Positions 16,545-27,726 of a stretch of DNA of 64,000 bases are shown piece after piece; position 1 is the first letter of the stretch; each line of letters opens with the position of its first letter. The position numbers were made by a program, and so were the translations under genes. The stretch spans positions 18,290,001 to 18,354,000 of the forward strand of contig OX442314.1 in NCBI GenBank assembly GCA_949358305.1, written 5' to 3'. The notes below the pieces were generated by a model. That model had not been told where the DNA came from. It was given only the letters and a program-made list of their open reading frames with translations, and did no database searches. The DNA is from Strigamia acuminata (taxonomy: Eukaryota).

Positions 16545-18591
16545 ATGAACGAAGAAAGACCTGCCGGACAAACTGAGCCGCAACCGCGACCGGGTTTTGT
16601 CAACCAAGGTAATTAACGTCTCACCGTATAAACAAATAATTATCATATTTTTCAACTTGGTAATTTTTTATGTATCTATATATTATATGATTTCCAATGT
16701 TTAACAACAGATTTTGAACCAACTGTAAATTAGCCATCTGTTTGAATTTTAAAAATGAGTAATATTCTGTTATTCATGAAGTTGCAAAACTTCCTGCACT
16801 TTTATTTCTTTGGCAAAACTATAAACACAACTCATTATATTTTTATTTATATTTTTATGCACTAGTTTGTCGCGAGTGGCTCGTTCATGAAGACAGTGCG
16901 TTAGCACAAAAACTACAAGATGAAGAAAGTAAAAAAAAAAAAGAAGTTATATTTAATTATATAGCATGCAAATTTCAATGCCATTTCATTTTTTATTTAT
17001 ATTTTTCAGTTGAAATGCATTATGGAAAAAATAGAAGTGAACGTCGTGTTGTGCAGGGGGATCTTAGACATGCCCGTGATGTTCAGCATGAAGAAATTTC
17101 AGAAGCAGAAAAAATACATGATATGTATGAGCGAATGCTGCTCGAACAGTGAGTCATTTGACATGTCACGTAAGATTATAAAATTCTTAACATTTTGTAT
17201 ACATTATTTAGAGAAATGGCTGATGCACAAGTGGCTTTGGAATTGCAAAGCTTGGAGGATAGAAAAGAAGGCAGAGGCAGGGATTACGAAGAGGCTGACA
17301 AGGTTAAATTGAGCGTGTATTATTTTGCATTTTAATTTTATTTATTAAAACATTTGTATTATTTATTAGAGATTAGCTCGCCAACTACAAGAGAAGGAAA
17401 AACAGCGTTTCGAACGAAAGAAAAAAGCGATAGAAAAGGAGAGACGACCAGTAGAAAGGATCAGAGCTGGCAGCAGTTAGTCGATACAAATATGATTAAT
17501 TTTATTTAATTTTTGTAATTTTAAATTTTAAATTTGAAGGCGAAAACATTATAGAAGTGGAGAACGAATCGTCAGAAATTATAACGCATAAATCATCAAG
17601 GGTAGTTCGAGAACCATTACAAATGCAAGATCCAGAGTTATTAGAGTATTTGCTGCAACCGGCATCCGACGTGGATACGAACGAACTACGATTAAGAGAA
17701 GAACGAGACGCAGAATTTGCCAGGTTACTTCAAGATCAAGAAGCCATGGTAACTATTAATATTGCTAGTGTAGGTTGAACAAAAGTAATCAATTTAAACA
17801 TTTAAATCATTAGCAGGAAAAGAGTGAGGCTGATAGAGACCGTCTACTCGCAATTGAAGCGCAAGATCGAGAATTAGCAAAAATGTTGCAGGAACAAGAA
17901 CGGGCGAAGCTTCGAAGAGCTAAGGAAAGAGCGAGATTAAAAGCAATTCAAAAACAAATGGAGCAGGAACATTCTATCGCAGATGTAAAAGGAGCGCACG
18001 GTTCGCTTCAAAGACCAACTGATATTCCTGGCTTAGTGGGTAAAAATAGAGAGAAAGAAAAAGAAGCTTGCGGATCGATTCAGAAACGAAGGTTCGTCGC
18101 TCAATGTTTTATTATTTCTAATTTTTTTTTCTTAGATTTTTATTTTTTTTCTAGACTTCCCGCTGTGAGTGTACCGAGTAACGAGATAGAAAGAGAAATT
18201 GTTGAAGAGCAGCCAAACGCACAAACACCCGAACACGTTAATATTGCAATGGCAATAGATCCAACTTACAATCGAAAATTAAGAAAAAATGCCAATTTTA
18301 CTACGACTAATTCGGGGCAATCTGGTGATGGAAATTGTAGCAGTGCGTCGACCCCCGTTCTTCCAACTCCAGAGTATAGAACTGGTACGAAGAAGGAATT
18401 GAGTTTATATTTATAATTATTTATTTTTCGTTTTATTTTTTATTACTTTTGTAGAGAGTTACGAGGATGATGACGAGCATTGCTACGATAGTGACGAAGG
18501 GCCAGCTCCACCTTACATGCCGATTCAGGGACAAAAGCGACACACGTTGGAGAAGAAAAAGAAGGGAAAAGAAAGTTGTCGACAACAATAA
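16545..18591 (+). CDS. CCDC50: CCDC50 (Ymer)-like coiled-coil protein with MIU-like ubiquitin-binding repeats, multi-exon
   Basis: N-terminus GFVNQ|VCREWLVHEDSALAQKLQDEE|IEMHYGKNRSERRVVQGDLRHA matches the CCDC50 N domain as recalled. Repeated DxxLAxxLQxxE motifs. Ends KKKKGKESCRQQ* at 18591. Confidence 0.75.
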
Positions 18592-21500
18592 TGTTAAAAT
18601 TTGTTCACTTTTTAAAAAGAGAATTGATGTTATTTGCTTGTCTTTTTAATTCTCTACCAAAGATACGAAGAACTCATATAAGGACTCAAAGTCTTTTTAT
18701 GTTTTGGGTTAAATTTGATTTTTAAATTTCGTTTACTCGTTTCAGTGGTTTTTTTTTTTTTTAGATATTTTATTTACAACTGCAAATTTCTAAAGAAAAT
18801 TGTTTTTTTTATATGTTTTGTTATAATACATGTCGAATTTCCAGCTTGCAAACTTACTGCACTCGTGTACTCTGAAAACATGCAATTCTTGAGCTGCTAT
18901 TTTTTTTTAATTTGTATCCAATAATGGATTTGAAATTATTTGAAATAAGGAAATGTAAGAGTTTGCAAATGGTATATTTTTTTTAGTCATTTGCAAATGA
19001 AGTTTTTTTGTTTTTCTTCTCATTTACAAAATTTTACAAGTATTTTTATCACTTTGTATATTTTATTATCTTTTGCATTTTTTATAAGCTGAATAAAATG
19101 TGTATTTAAAAAAAAATAATTGGTCTTGTTTGCAGTTTTTTTTTTTTTCAAATTTATGAAGAAATGAAATTGATGAATATTAAATTTCAAATTTAAATTA
19201 GAAAAGCCTAAATTGAATTTTTAAGAAGCTTCACTGCAATGACTGTTTTCTATTTCGCAATCGGAAAAATGAAAGAGATGGATTCATTAATCATGCAATT
19301 CATGATTCCAGCCATTTTAAAAACTTAAGCACCGATGAAACAGAAAATGAACATCGTAAGCGTAATAGAAATTTATGTTTTTTAAACACGAACATTTAGA
19401 TGAAATAAAAAAAAATTAAATTTACCTCCATCGAATTCCATTTTTTTTTAGTATTTTATCTCAAGTTTTAATATTCTTCACACCTGAGTGCATTTATTAA
19501 GCATTTGCCGTTAATTAGCAACACAATAAAAATAGTTGAAATTGAATGTGAAACAATTTATTTTCCGATGTTAGTATCTTTAAAATTCCGATCATGTTTG
19601 CCCTTAGATATCAGCTGCTATTGTAAGCCCTCAATAACATAATTCGATAAGTCTCGAAATTAATTACATCGAGCACACGCAATTTATTAGAAATTAGTTT
19701 TACAATTTACGAAAATATTTTTACAAGCAGATGAAAAAGAGGAAGTTGTCATTGCAAGAGGTGAATTTCCTTCGTTTCCTCTTCAGTCTCGCAAACGAAC
19801 AAAGGGAGCCGAAGTAAGACACATATAAACACGTACCACCCTACTGGATACCAAATTGTGCCTTAAAACCTGCTTAAACCTGCTAAATCTTGGTGGAAAA
19901 CTAGCATCGTGTCATTTAACGTCGATTCGTAATTCGGATCTAATCATTGAACAAACGAATTCGATTCCAACTTGGGTGGTTGGATTTCTCCATGGGTCGT
20001 AGCTTCTGCCTCCTCCTCCACGCCCGGCCATATTGACGAGAAACGGAGGCTAAAATCATCATCAAAATACCCATTCCGCCGCATAGATCGAGCTGGCAAT
20101 CGATCGAGTTGAGCCGAGACGGTGTGCTGGTGAAAACTGAAGCTAGAATCTGCGCTTTTTGATTTGGTAAGTTGAGTTGTTAAAATGAAAATGATCGTTC
20201 GGCCGCTGACGGGGAAATAAAATTTCTCCAAAATGGCCCCCTGATCAAAACGAATCTCGGTTTCGTGGAGTGTTGCTTTGAGATTTACACTCAATTCCAC
20301 CGATCTCTTTAATTATGTTTACTTTGGATGTGATGTGAAATATGATTTTTATCGATCATGCAGCTAGAAAATGACGGTTGGAAGGATTTTTTTAAGGTTT
20401 GCAAACCAAAGCATCTCTTATCAATTTGAATAAGATTGATTACCAATGAACCTAAAGTTATCATTTGAGATTTCAACATTAGGTTTAAACACAATTTCTA
20501 ATACAATTGTGTTCGACATTTTTCTCTACGCTTAAAGCAGCCCGATTATTTTATGAATTTTTAAACGATTTTTTTTAAAAATATTTCTAATTTGGCATTT
20601 ATTTATACATTAATTCATCTCCGAATTAATAATAGTGTCTGTTAATAATTTCGTTTAATGTGGTCACCGTATAATAGTCAATTTCATTCGAAATAAAGAA
20701 CAAAACGAACAGGTGCTGAAATCCTCCATTTTTTCACTCACATTTTCATCAGATGTTTTTTTTTTCGAGGAAGTTTCCAATTGCATTGCAAAATTAAGTT
20801 CTGGAGTTTATTTATTTAATTTTTTTATCATTTAAATTTACGTATCATTTTTGATTATTAAAATTAAACGATATTTCATCACAAATATGGAGATGGCGAT
20901 GATGAAAATGGCCACTTGTTCTGCTCTGGGAGAATGAAGTTGGGATCAGTGTCCTTGGACATCAAGTGACCTTTTACAAAACAAGAGGCCTGGTTTATTT
21001 AGATTTCGTCAAAATATTTAATCTAATCAATTTGAAATAGCTATATTTTTCAAGTGATGAATGCACATCGTTGGTATCTAACAACATTTGTGTTTATTAT
21101 TTATTCTTAGCTAATAGTTTTGAAGACGCCATTTTGGCTCCAGCTTATTGTTTTTAAGAAGGAAAAAATTACTTCTTCAAAAATAGTAAATCGTTTCCTT
21201 TTCTCTTTGAAGAAAGATTATACACTTGTTAAGTAATAATAACGCTTAAATTTGTTTAAATTGGATAACACATTGAAGCTTAGTACATAAATATATTTAA
21301 ACCATGATATCAATTTCCCAAGCTTTTTGCTCTTGTGCTATCAACGGAAATATCGATGTTTGATTTGATAAAGTTAATGGGAAAAATAAAAGGATTGCAG
21401 TTTTTAATTTTATATTTAACTAACAGTTTTTATCATTTGACTATTAAATACTATCCAAAATGTTCCATTTTTTTTTAATTTTTTTTTTTTAGTTTTTATT

Positions 21501-22544
21501 TAATTTAAAAAAAAAATATTAATAAATTAAAAAACAAAAGTAAACATACAGCAACCAGTTACATCCTTTGAAAAACAAAGTAAAAATAATTGTTTTTCTT
21601 CTCTGAAAATGACGCGTGTATTTTAAAACTTACTGCACAATTTGCTATGCAATTGGTTCAAGTCGTGCAGTGAAGCCTAAATACCAAACTTGCATCTTAA
21701 ACTATCAAATTGATGGAAACATAATTAAATCCTGGATTAAATATTTGTATTTCTTCATCGGGATAATAAACGAACAATAATAAATAATTAGATATTAATT
21801 AAAATCTTTTATTTATTTATTTATTCATATTTTTTTTTTCTATTTAAAAATTAAGCTGCTGCTGTTCACACAATTTAGTGTTTGAATGAGAAGGCAATTT
21901 GCCAACATGGAAGTGTGATTTTTGCTAGAGAAATGAGGCCATTTCAGATTTATTTTCCTTCCTCCTTACCTAACTTTTGAATTGTGGTTCAATCCAAATC
22001 TCCCGTTGCCTGTTGAATAGCAACTGATGTTGTTTATTTCAATTTAAAAGTGTAACCTAATTCGAAAAAATAGTCAACCGATTCGCTTTTATAAAGAAAA
22101 GTTTCATTCTATAATCGAGTCTCCCCCTGCAGATGGGGGGTTAAGGTTTAAAGTGAGACCTGTTTGGAAAAAAAAGAATAGAAAAAAAAAGCTGAATAAG
22201 AGCAGGATGTTGTATATAGGGTAAACCAGACTTGAAAACTGGTCCCTCTTTCTTAGGCCCGTTTGCTTGTCACAATAATAAGGTGCGAGTGGGAAAAGTT
22301 ATCCGCATATGATACATTCAATTTAATGTTAAAAATAAAATATTTGGTAAATTTTTAATTTATTTAAAAATTTTTTCTTTTTCAGAGGATGCTTCGATGT
22401 TTTGCATACGGAATGAGTGATAAATGCAAACGAGGTTGACGATTTGTTGAATAAGAAGAATGAAATGAATTATAGTAAGTACACGTTGGGATAAAACGTT
22501 ATTGCTTGATTAGAAATTAATTATTCATTTCCTTTCGTTATTAG

Positions 22545-25500
22545 ATGAGCAATAAAGAAGAAAGCATAATCGAATCTAACGCCGATAATGAACGAGTGAG
22601 TAAAGAAATTGAATCTAACGATGCTGTGGAAGAGGAGAAAGAGAAGGAAAATAAGGTGACCGTTTTCTCGTTGAACGAACAAGCTCAAGTGGATGTAAAG
22701 ATGGAAAAAACGTCTGAAACTGATTCTCCTTTCGGTGAAGCTGGAGACGACGAAGGCGAAGACGTACCAGAAGCTTCTCAAGGGGAACCGGGCAAATTTT
22801 TTTTCCTCCTGCTACCGATTCACTGCGCCAAAGGAAAAGGCGGACGAAAAGTATACAAGTGCGACGTGTGCGGCGGAGTGTATCGACACGCGTTCAGTCT
22901 AAAGCGCCATTATCTACGGACTCACATAAATTACGAATACTTGAGCGAAGCGGATATTTCGAATTGCAACATCAGCGTCACGCAGACGACGAAATCGCCA
23001 CAAGAAGAAGAATTGGAAATTAATCCGGAATTGATGAACGGGTTGTACAGGTGTCACATGTGCTCTCAGTTGTTCGACCGAATTGGCCAGCTAAAATATC
23101 ATATCCTCAATCATCCCACGCAAGCAAACGACAAGAGATTTCCATGCAACCAATGCGATATGACTTTTTCCCATCGACAAAATCTCGTTCGCCACTTGTC
23201 GGTCCATTCTGGTGAAAAACCTTACCCGTGTCGTTACTGCGGAAAATGTTTCCCTACCGCAACAAACCAGAAGAGACACGAACGCATTCACGAAGGCGTT
23301 AAACCTTACGCGTGCGAACATTGTTCGTCATTATTTACCCAGAGCGGCGACTTGAAAAAGCATATCCGGAAACAACACTCGTCCTTTTTCCATCCGTGCG
23401 CGTTTTGCGTCAAGTATTTTATCGACGAGACACAACTCGAGAAACATTTGGCAATGCACGGAGAAAATGTGGAGACTAATCGTCAAGAAGTGGCAAAAAG
23501 GAACGCGGGCGGGGTACAGAGTAACAAAAACTCGCCTTCGTTGAGACGAGGAGGAAGCCAGAAGTCGATTTTGGACGCGAATAAATTTACTTGCAGCACT
23601 TGTTCCAAGACGTTTAGCAACTACATAAGTCTCCGCAGGCACGGACAGTCGATGCATAATGTGAGAAGCGCAAATTCCTTGCAATCTACTGCCGTTTCGA
23701 ACAGAGGCGAGGACGCGCCAACAGAATGCCTGCTGACGGATGCCGATTTTTACGCAGACATCGCGTACAACATCTCGGACAATCTGCTCAACCACCTCGA
23801 TGGAAAATTGTACGACCCTCAACAGCCGACACCGCCGACGGACGACGATAGCAACACGCCGTCACCGCCGGTGGGCGATCGAACATCGGTTAGACGAAAT
23901 CTTCAACAGGATTGGACTTCGTACAATTTTCCTTCTTGGTTCAACGTGGAAGCGGATGTCGATTCTGCCGTCGATAAAAATGCGTCGACGCCATTGGAAA
24001 TTTGTGATTTGAGCTTAAACAAAACACCAAAGAAAAACCAAACTACTCGCGAAACGCAAGAGGTGCACGTTGAATCGGTGACCTTGTCTCACTCCGATAT
24101 GCTGTACAGTTTGGCCTTGTCACCCGTCAATAGCAGCTCTTGCAGCGATTTTCAATGCGTCGACGGCGTGTTAGATTTATCTCTACCTGGAAAAGATAGA
24201 AGGGAATATTCATCCGAAACGCTACCTCAGGCCTGGGATTTACCGACCACTTTTGTTTGTTTTGCTTGCGGTGAAAATGTGGATTCGTTCGACGATATGG
24301 AAGATCACAAGATCAACAATCACCCAAATGTGTATTGCACACATCTGGAGATTGAAGGGATCAAAGACGTGCCTTTGCAACTTTTCAAGCAACATTGCAG
24401 TCCTTTTGGAATTCTACAAAATTGCACAGTTCCACCAATCATATCCGTAGTAGAAAACCTGATTTGCACAAAATGCAGCAGCAGCTTCTCCTCAGTCACC
24501 GAACTTCATTGTCACATGTTGGAGTGTGGCGGCCACAAGGAAAACCTGAGATCGAGTCCGCGTCACGGACGCAATAAATCGAGGAAACGTAAAACGGTGA
24601 AGCGAGGAATGAAGAGGAAATTGGAAGACACGCCGCAGAAGAAGAGCACTCCTTCGGTTGTGAAAAAAGCGAAGACATCGCATTCGACATCCGATCGATC
24701 GTCTCAAACGTCTAGTCGGTCGTCCGGGTCAACAAAAGTACCTTCGTTCGCATGCGCCGCGTGTGACAAGAAGTTCAGTCAACAGTGCCAGTTGGACAGA
24801 CACGTGAAAATTTGTCCACAAAATGCTGCTAAGAAAGTTGAATCGCCCAAAGAAGCGGATAAGCAACAACACATGTGTTCTTACTGCGCTCGCTCTTTCA
24901 CTTATTTGGCCAGTTTGAAGAAACATATGACCGATTGCGTTTTGCGTAAAGAGAAGAAGAGGAGATTGAGTGCGAGCAAGAGTGAGGGGAAAAGCTCGAA
25001 GCGAGTTAAGAAGGCCGAAAGTGTACCTCAACCCAGTTCGCCGGGGCCTGACGAAGAATCAAACAGTTCGGAATTTTCGGAAGAAAGGCCATCGTCCGTT
25101 TTGAAGATTAAACAAGAGGTCGCGGAGGATCAGTCCGTTGACGACGTTCAATGTTGCGACATATCACCCGAAGAGGAAGACGACGTCAAAAAGGTTGTGG
25201 CTGAAATCAAGTTGGAGGAAGACAAGAAAGGCGACGGCAGTGGACATTGCCACGCGTGCCCGCATTGTAGGCGAACGTACACTTATTTGGCGAACTTTAA
25301 GAAACATGTGTCGGAGGCTTGTCCGTTGCGGAAAGAAATAACCAAAGATGCGTCGAAGGAAGACGAAAAAGAGATTTATAATGTGGATGATGAAGATGAT
25401 TTGTCGCCGGAAGAGAACGAGAACGAGAACGAGGAAGTGGAAAAGGCCGAAGTTGAGGCTGATAACGAGTCGAGCAAGAGTTTGGAAGTGCCGGAAGAAT

Positions 25501-26180
25501 TGTCGTTGGACGAATTAGAGGAAGATAGCAAGTCGGAATCAAAGAAAAACAAAAAATCAAAGGGAAACGAACATTTTACTTGCGCAACGTGCGAGAGAAA
25601 TTTTGCTTCGTACGTCAAGTTATTGCAACATCAATTGTCTCATAAATTAAAAGCGCAGGTGAGCCCTGATGGCGGGAAAAAGGCACAGGCGAGCGGCGAG
25701 ACGAAACAAGTGGTTAATGTGGCGAGAAATAGGAAGAAGAAAATGGCTTCGGCGAGCAAAGCGCCAACGAAACACAAGGGAGGTTGGCCCAAAGGAAAAA
25801 GTCGGAAAGGCTACGTTGCGAAACACAAAAGAGGTGGCAAGAATGCGAAAGCGAAAGTGCCGAAAGCCGAAAACAACAAAGTAAAGGATGACGAGGTGGA
25901 GGAAAGTGCGGATTTAGGAGTTGAGAATACAACGGAGGAGAGTGAAGTTAAATTGACGGAGGAAGAAGGGGCATCAGAAACGAGTGGAGAAGATGTTAAT
26001 TCTCAAACTGTTGAAAGTTTATTAATTTCAAGCAAAGTGCCTCTGGAGGAGCAGAAAAAGAACAATAAAGTATTGACCGTCGCCCATCTTGTGGATCCTT
26101 GCGTCTTGCAACGGATGAGGCAGAAGAAAAGTTCATTGCCATCAACTGAAGCTGCTCCTCCAACTGTGGTTGCAAGTTGA
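22545..26180 (+). CDS. Multi-zinc-finger (C2H2/C2HC) protein, PRDM2/RIZ-like, single coding exon, no PR/SET domain
   Basis: 1211-aa ORF with many C2H2 fingers and HSGEKPY linkers. Blocks resembling PRDM2 as recalled: NISDNLLNHLDGK, HPNVYCTHLE, CTKC...ELHCHMLEC, CSYCARSFTYLASLKKH. PxDLS-like motifs ICDLS and VLDLS. Zinc-finger identity is certain, PRDM2 orthology is less so. Confidence 0.8.
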   Translation: MSNKEESIIESNADNERVSKEIESNDAVEEEKEKENKVTVFSLNEQAQVDVKMEKTSETDSPFGEAGDDEGEDVPEASQGEPGKFFFLLLPIHCAKGKGGRKVYKCDVCGGVYRHAFSLKRHYLRTHINYEYLSEADISNCNISVTQTTKSPQEEELEINPELMNGLYRCHMCSQLFDRIGQLKYHILNHPTQANDKRFPCNQCDMTFSHRQNLVRHLSVHSGEKPYPCRYCGKCFPTATNQKRHERIHEGVKPYACEHCSSLFTQSGDLKKHIRKQHSSFFHPCAFCVKYFIDETQLEKHLAMHGENVETNRQEVAKRNAGGVQSNKNSPSLRRGGSQKSILDANKFTCSTCSKTFSNYISLRRHGQSMHNVRSANSLQSTAVSNRGEDAPTECLLTDADFYADIAYNISDNLLNHLDGKLYDPQQPTPPTDDDSNTPSPPVGDRTSVRRNLQQDWTSYNFPSWFNVEADVDSAVDKNASTPLEICDLSLNKTPKKNQTTRETQEVHVESVTLSHSDMLYSLALSPVNSSSCSDFQCVDGVLDLSLPGKDRREYSSETLPQAWDLPTTFVCFACGENVDSFDDMEDHKINNHPNVYCTHLEIEGIKDVPLQLFKQHCSPFGILQNCTVPPIISVVENLICTKCSSSFSSVTELHCHMLECGGHKENLRSSPRHGRNKSRKRKTVKRGMKRKLEDTPQKKSTPSVVKKAKTSHSTSDRSSQTSSRSSGSTKVPSFACAACDKKFSQQCQLDRHVKICPQNAAKKVESPKEADKQQHMCSYCARSFTYLASLKKHMTDCVLRKEKKRRLSASKSEGKSSKRVKKAESVPQPSSPGPDEESNSSEFSEERPSSVLKIKQEVAEDQSVDDVQCCDISPEEEDDVKKVVAEIKLEEDKKGDGSGHCHACPHCRRTYTYLANFKKHVSEACPLRKEITKDASKEDEKEIYNVDDEDDLSPEENENENEEVEKAEVEADNESSKSLEVPEELSLDELEEDSKSESKKNKKSKGNEHFTCATCERNFASYVKLLQHQLSHKLKAQVSPDGGKKAQASGETKQVVNVARNRKKKMASASKAPTKHKGGWPKGKSRKGYVAKHKRGGKNAKAKVPKAENNKVKDDEVEESADLGVENTTEESEVKLTEEEGASETSGEDVNSQTVESLLISSKVPLEEQKKNNKVLTVAHLVDPCVLQRMRQKKSSLPSTEAAPPTVVAS

Positions 26181-27726
26181 TAATACATAGTTTTAAAAAG
26201 TTGACAGTGACTTAATATAGTTTTGATAATAGGGGCGTGTTAGTTGTATATTTCTAGAGGAATGCCTTCCAATTTGAACCGAAAATATGTTATAAGATTT
26301 TAAAAACGTTTCATCTAAAATGCTTGTTATATTTACTTGTTTTTGTATTGTTTTAATGGACAATAGGTTATGATTATTATTATGAGTTGCACCCGTTTGA
26401 AATTATGTTGATGCAGTTTTTGTTTTTGTTTTTTGTTTTGCTTGATGAAAACAGAAATACAGGTATTAAAAATTGAGACAATCTGGAGATATCAGTTTAT
26501 ATTAATAATATCCTGTAAGTGCCTCCTGCCTGATTATAAATACATACAAAGTTATTTAGAAATTGAAAAAAAATATTTACAAGCGTTTGAAAAATTCAAA
26601 TTTTGTACAAATTTTTAAAATCGAATTAACCTCTTAATACTATTGATATAAAATGTTTGTTGGGGAAGTTTATATAAGCAGATTTTCAAACAAATATATA
26701 TCATTATATATTTAATTTGAGAGCTTTTTTTTCCCCTTGGAAACTTTTCAATACACGAAACGAAATCATTATTCTATTGTTTATGAGTTCTTAACAATAA
26801 TTCCTTTTGTTATTAGTAAAAAAAAAAATAGAATTTCTAAAAAGTATTGTTAGTGCCTGGAATTGAAAATTAAATACCGTATGTATACAATTATTTTTCA
26901 AATTAATTATAGGTGCCTTAGAAGATTTTAGGAAGTTTTGTTTTCGATTACAAATTGCAATAAGTGTAATAATGTTTTTAATTGTAGTTATTATTGGTAT
27001 GTTTTGATTTGCTCTTTTTGAATATACTTGTTATGTTTGAAAGCTAGAGAAATGAAATTGAGCCAAATTAACATTAAGCTCATTAGTTATTTTTATTATT
27101 TTCCTTTTTGTTGCTCATTTACGTTTACATTTTGTTTGTGCAAATCAAGTCGGATTTAGTAGTCACATTTTTTTTCACTTTTAAGCTCAATTGCTCATAA
27201 ATGTTAGCAATTTTTTGAAAAGTTTTCATAGCAATAATATTAATAATGTAATAAATAATTTTTTGAACAATTTTAGTTTGATTTGTTTGAGCAATAAATT
27301 TAGTTTTTGTTCATTTTTTTGCCTCATTTCTAATTATATATTTTGATAACTAATGAATGTCATTTACATATAAGAAATTATTGTTTTGAATGAAAGATGT
27401 TTTCACTAGATATTTCGCAAATTTAGGCAAATCATTTTTTTTTCCCATGTAAAGTATCTTTAATTTTTCAATTTTTTCATTTTTGAAATAAAATCTAATA
27501 ATAATTGCAAAAACATTTAAATCGACTGCTAATACGGATCAATTTCGATACACGATGTCGCTGTATTGCTGGTGGCGGTAATGATATCGCGAATAAACAA
27601 ATGAGTAGGCGGGATCTGCGCAGAAACCCACGATAACGGTTCGCATTGAGGTTGTTTTCGCCGCGCCATCGCCACACTCAATCAGCCGTTGTGAAGCTGC
27701 CAGGTGTGTAAAGAAAACAATCGACA

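Noticed and set aside
16107..16655. 182-aa minus-strand ORF
   Set aside because: Non-ATG start, antisense to the CCDC50 first exon and promoter, AT-biased composition, no motifs.
19944..20300. 118-aa minus-strand ORF
   Set aside because: No ATG start or domain. More simply a plus-strand 5'-UTR exon of the zinc-finger gene (donor G|GTAAGT at ~20166).
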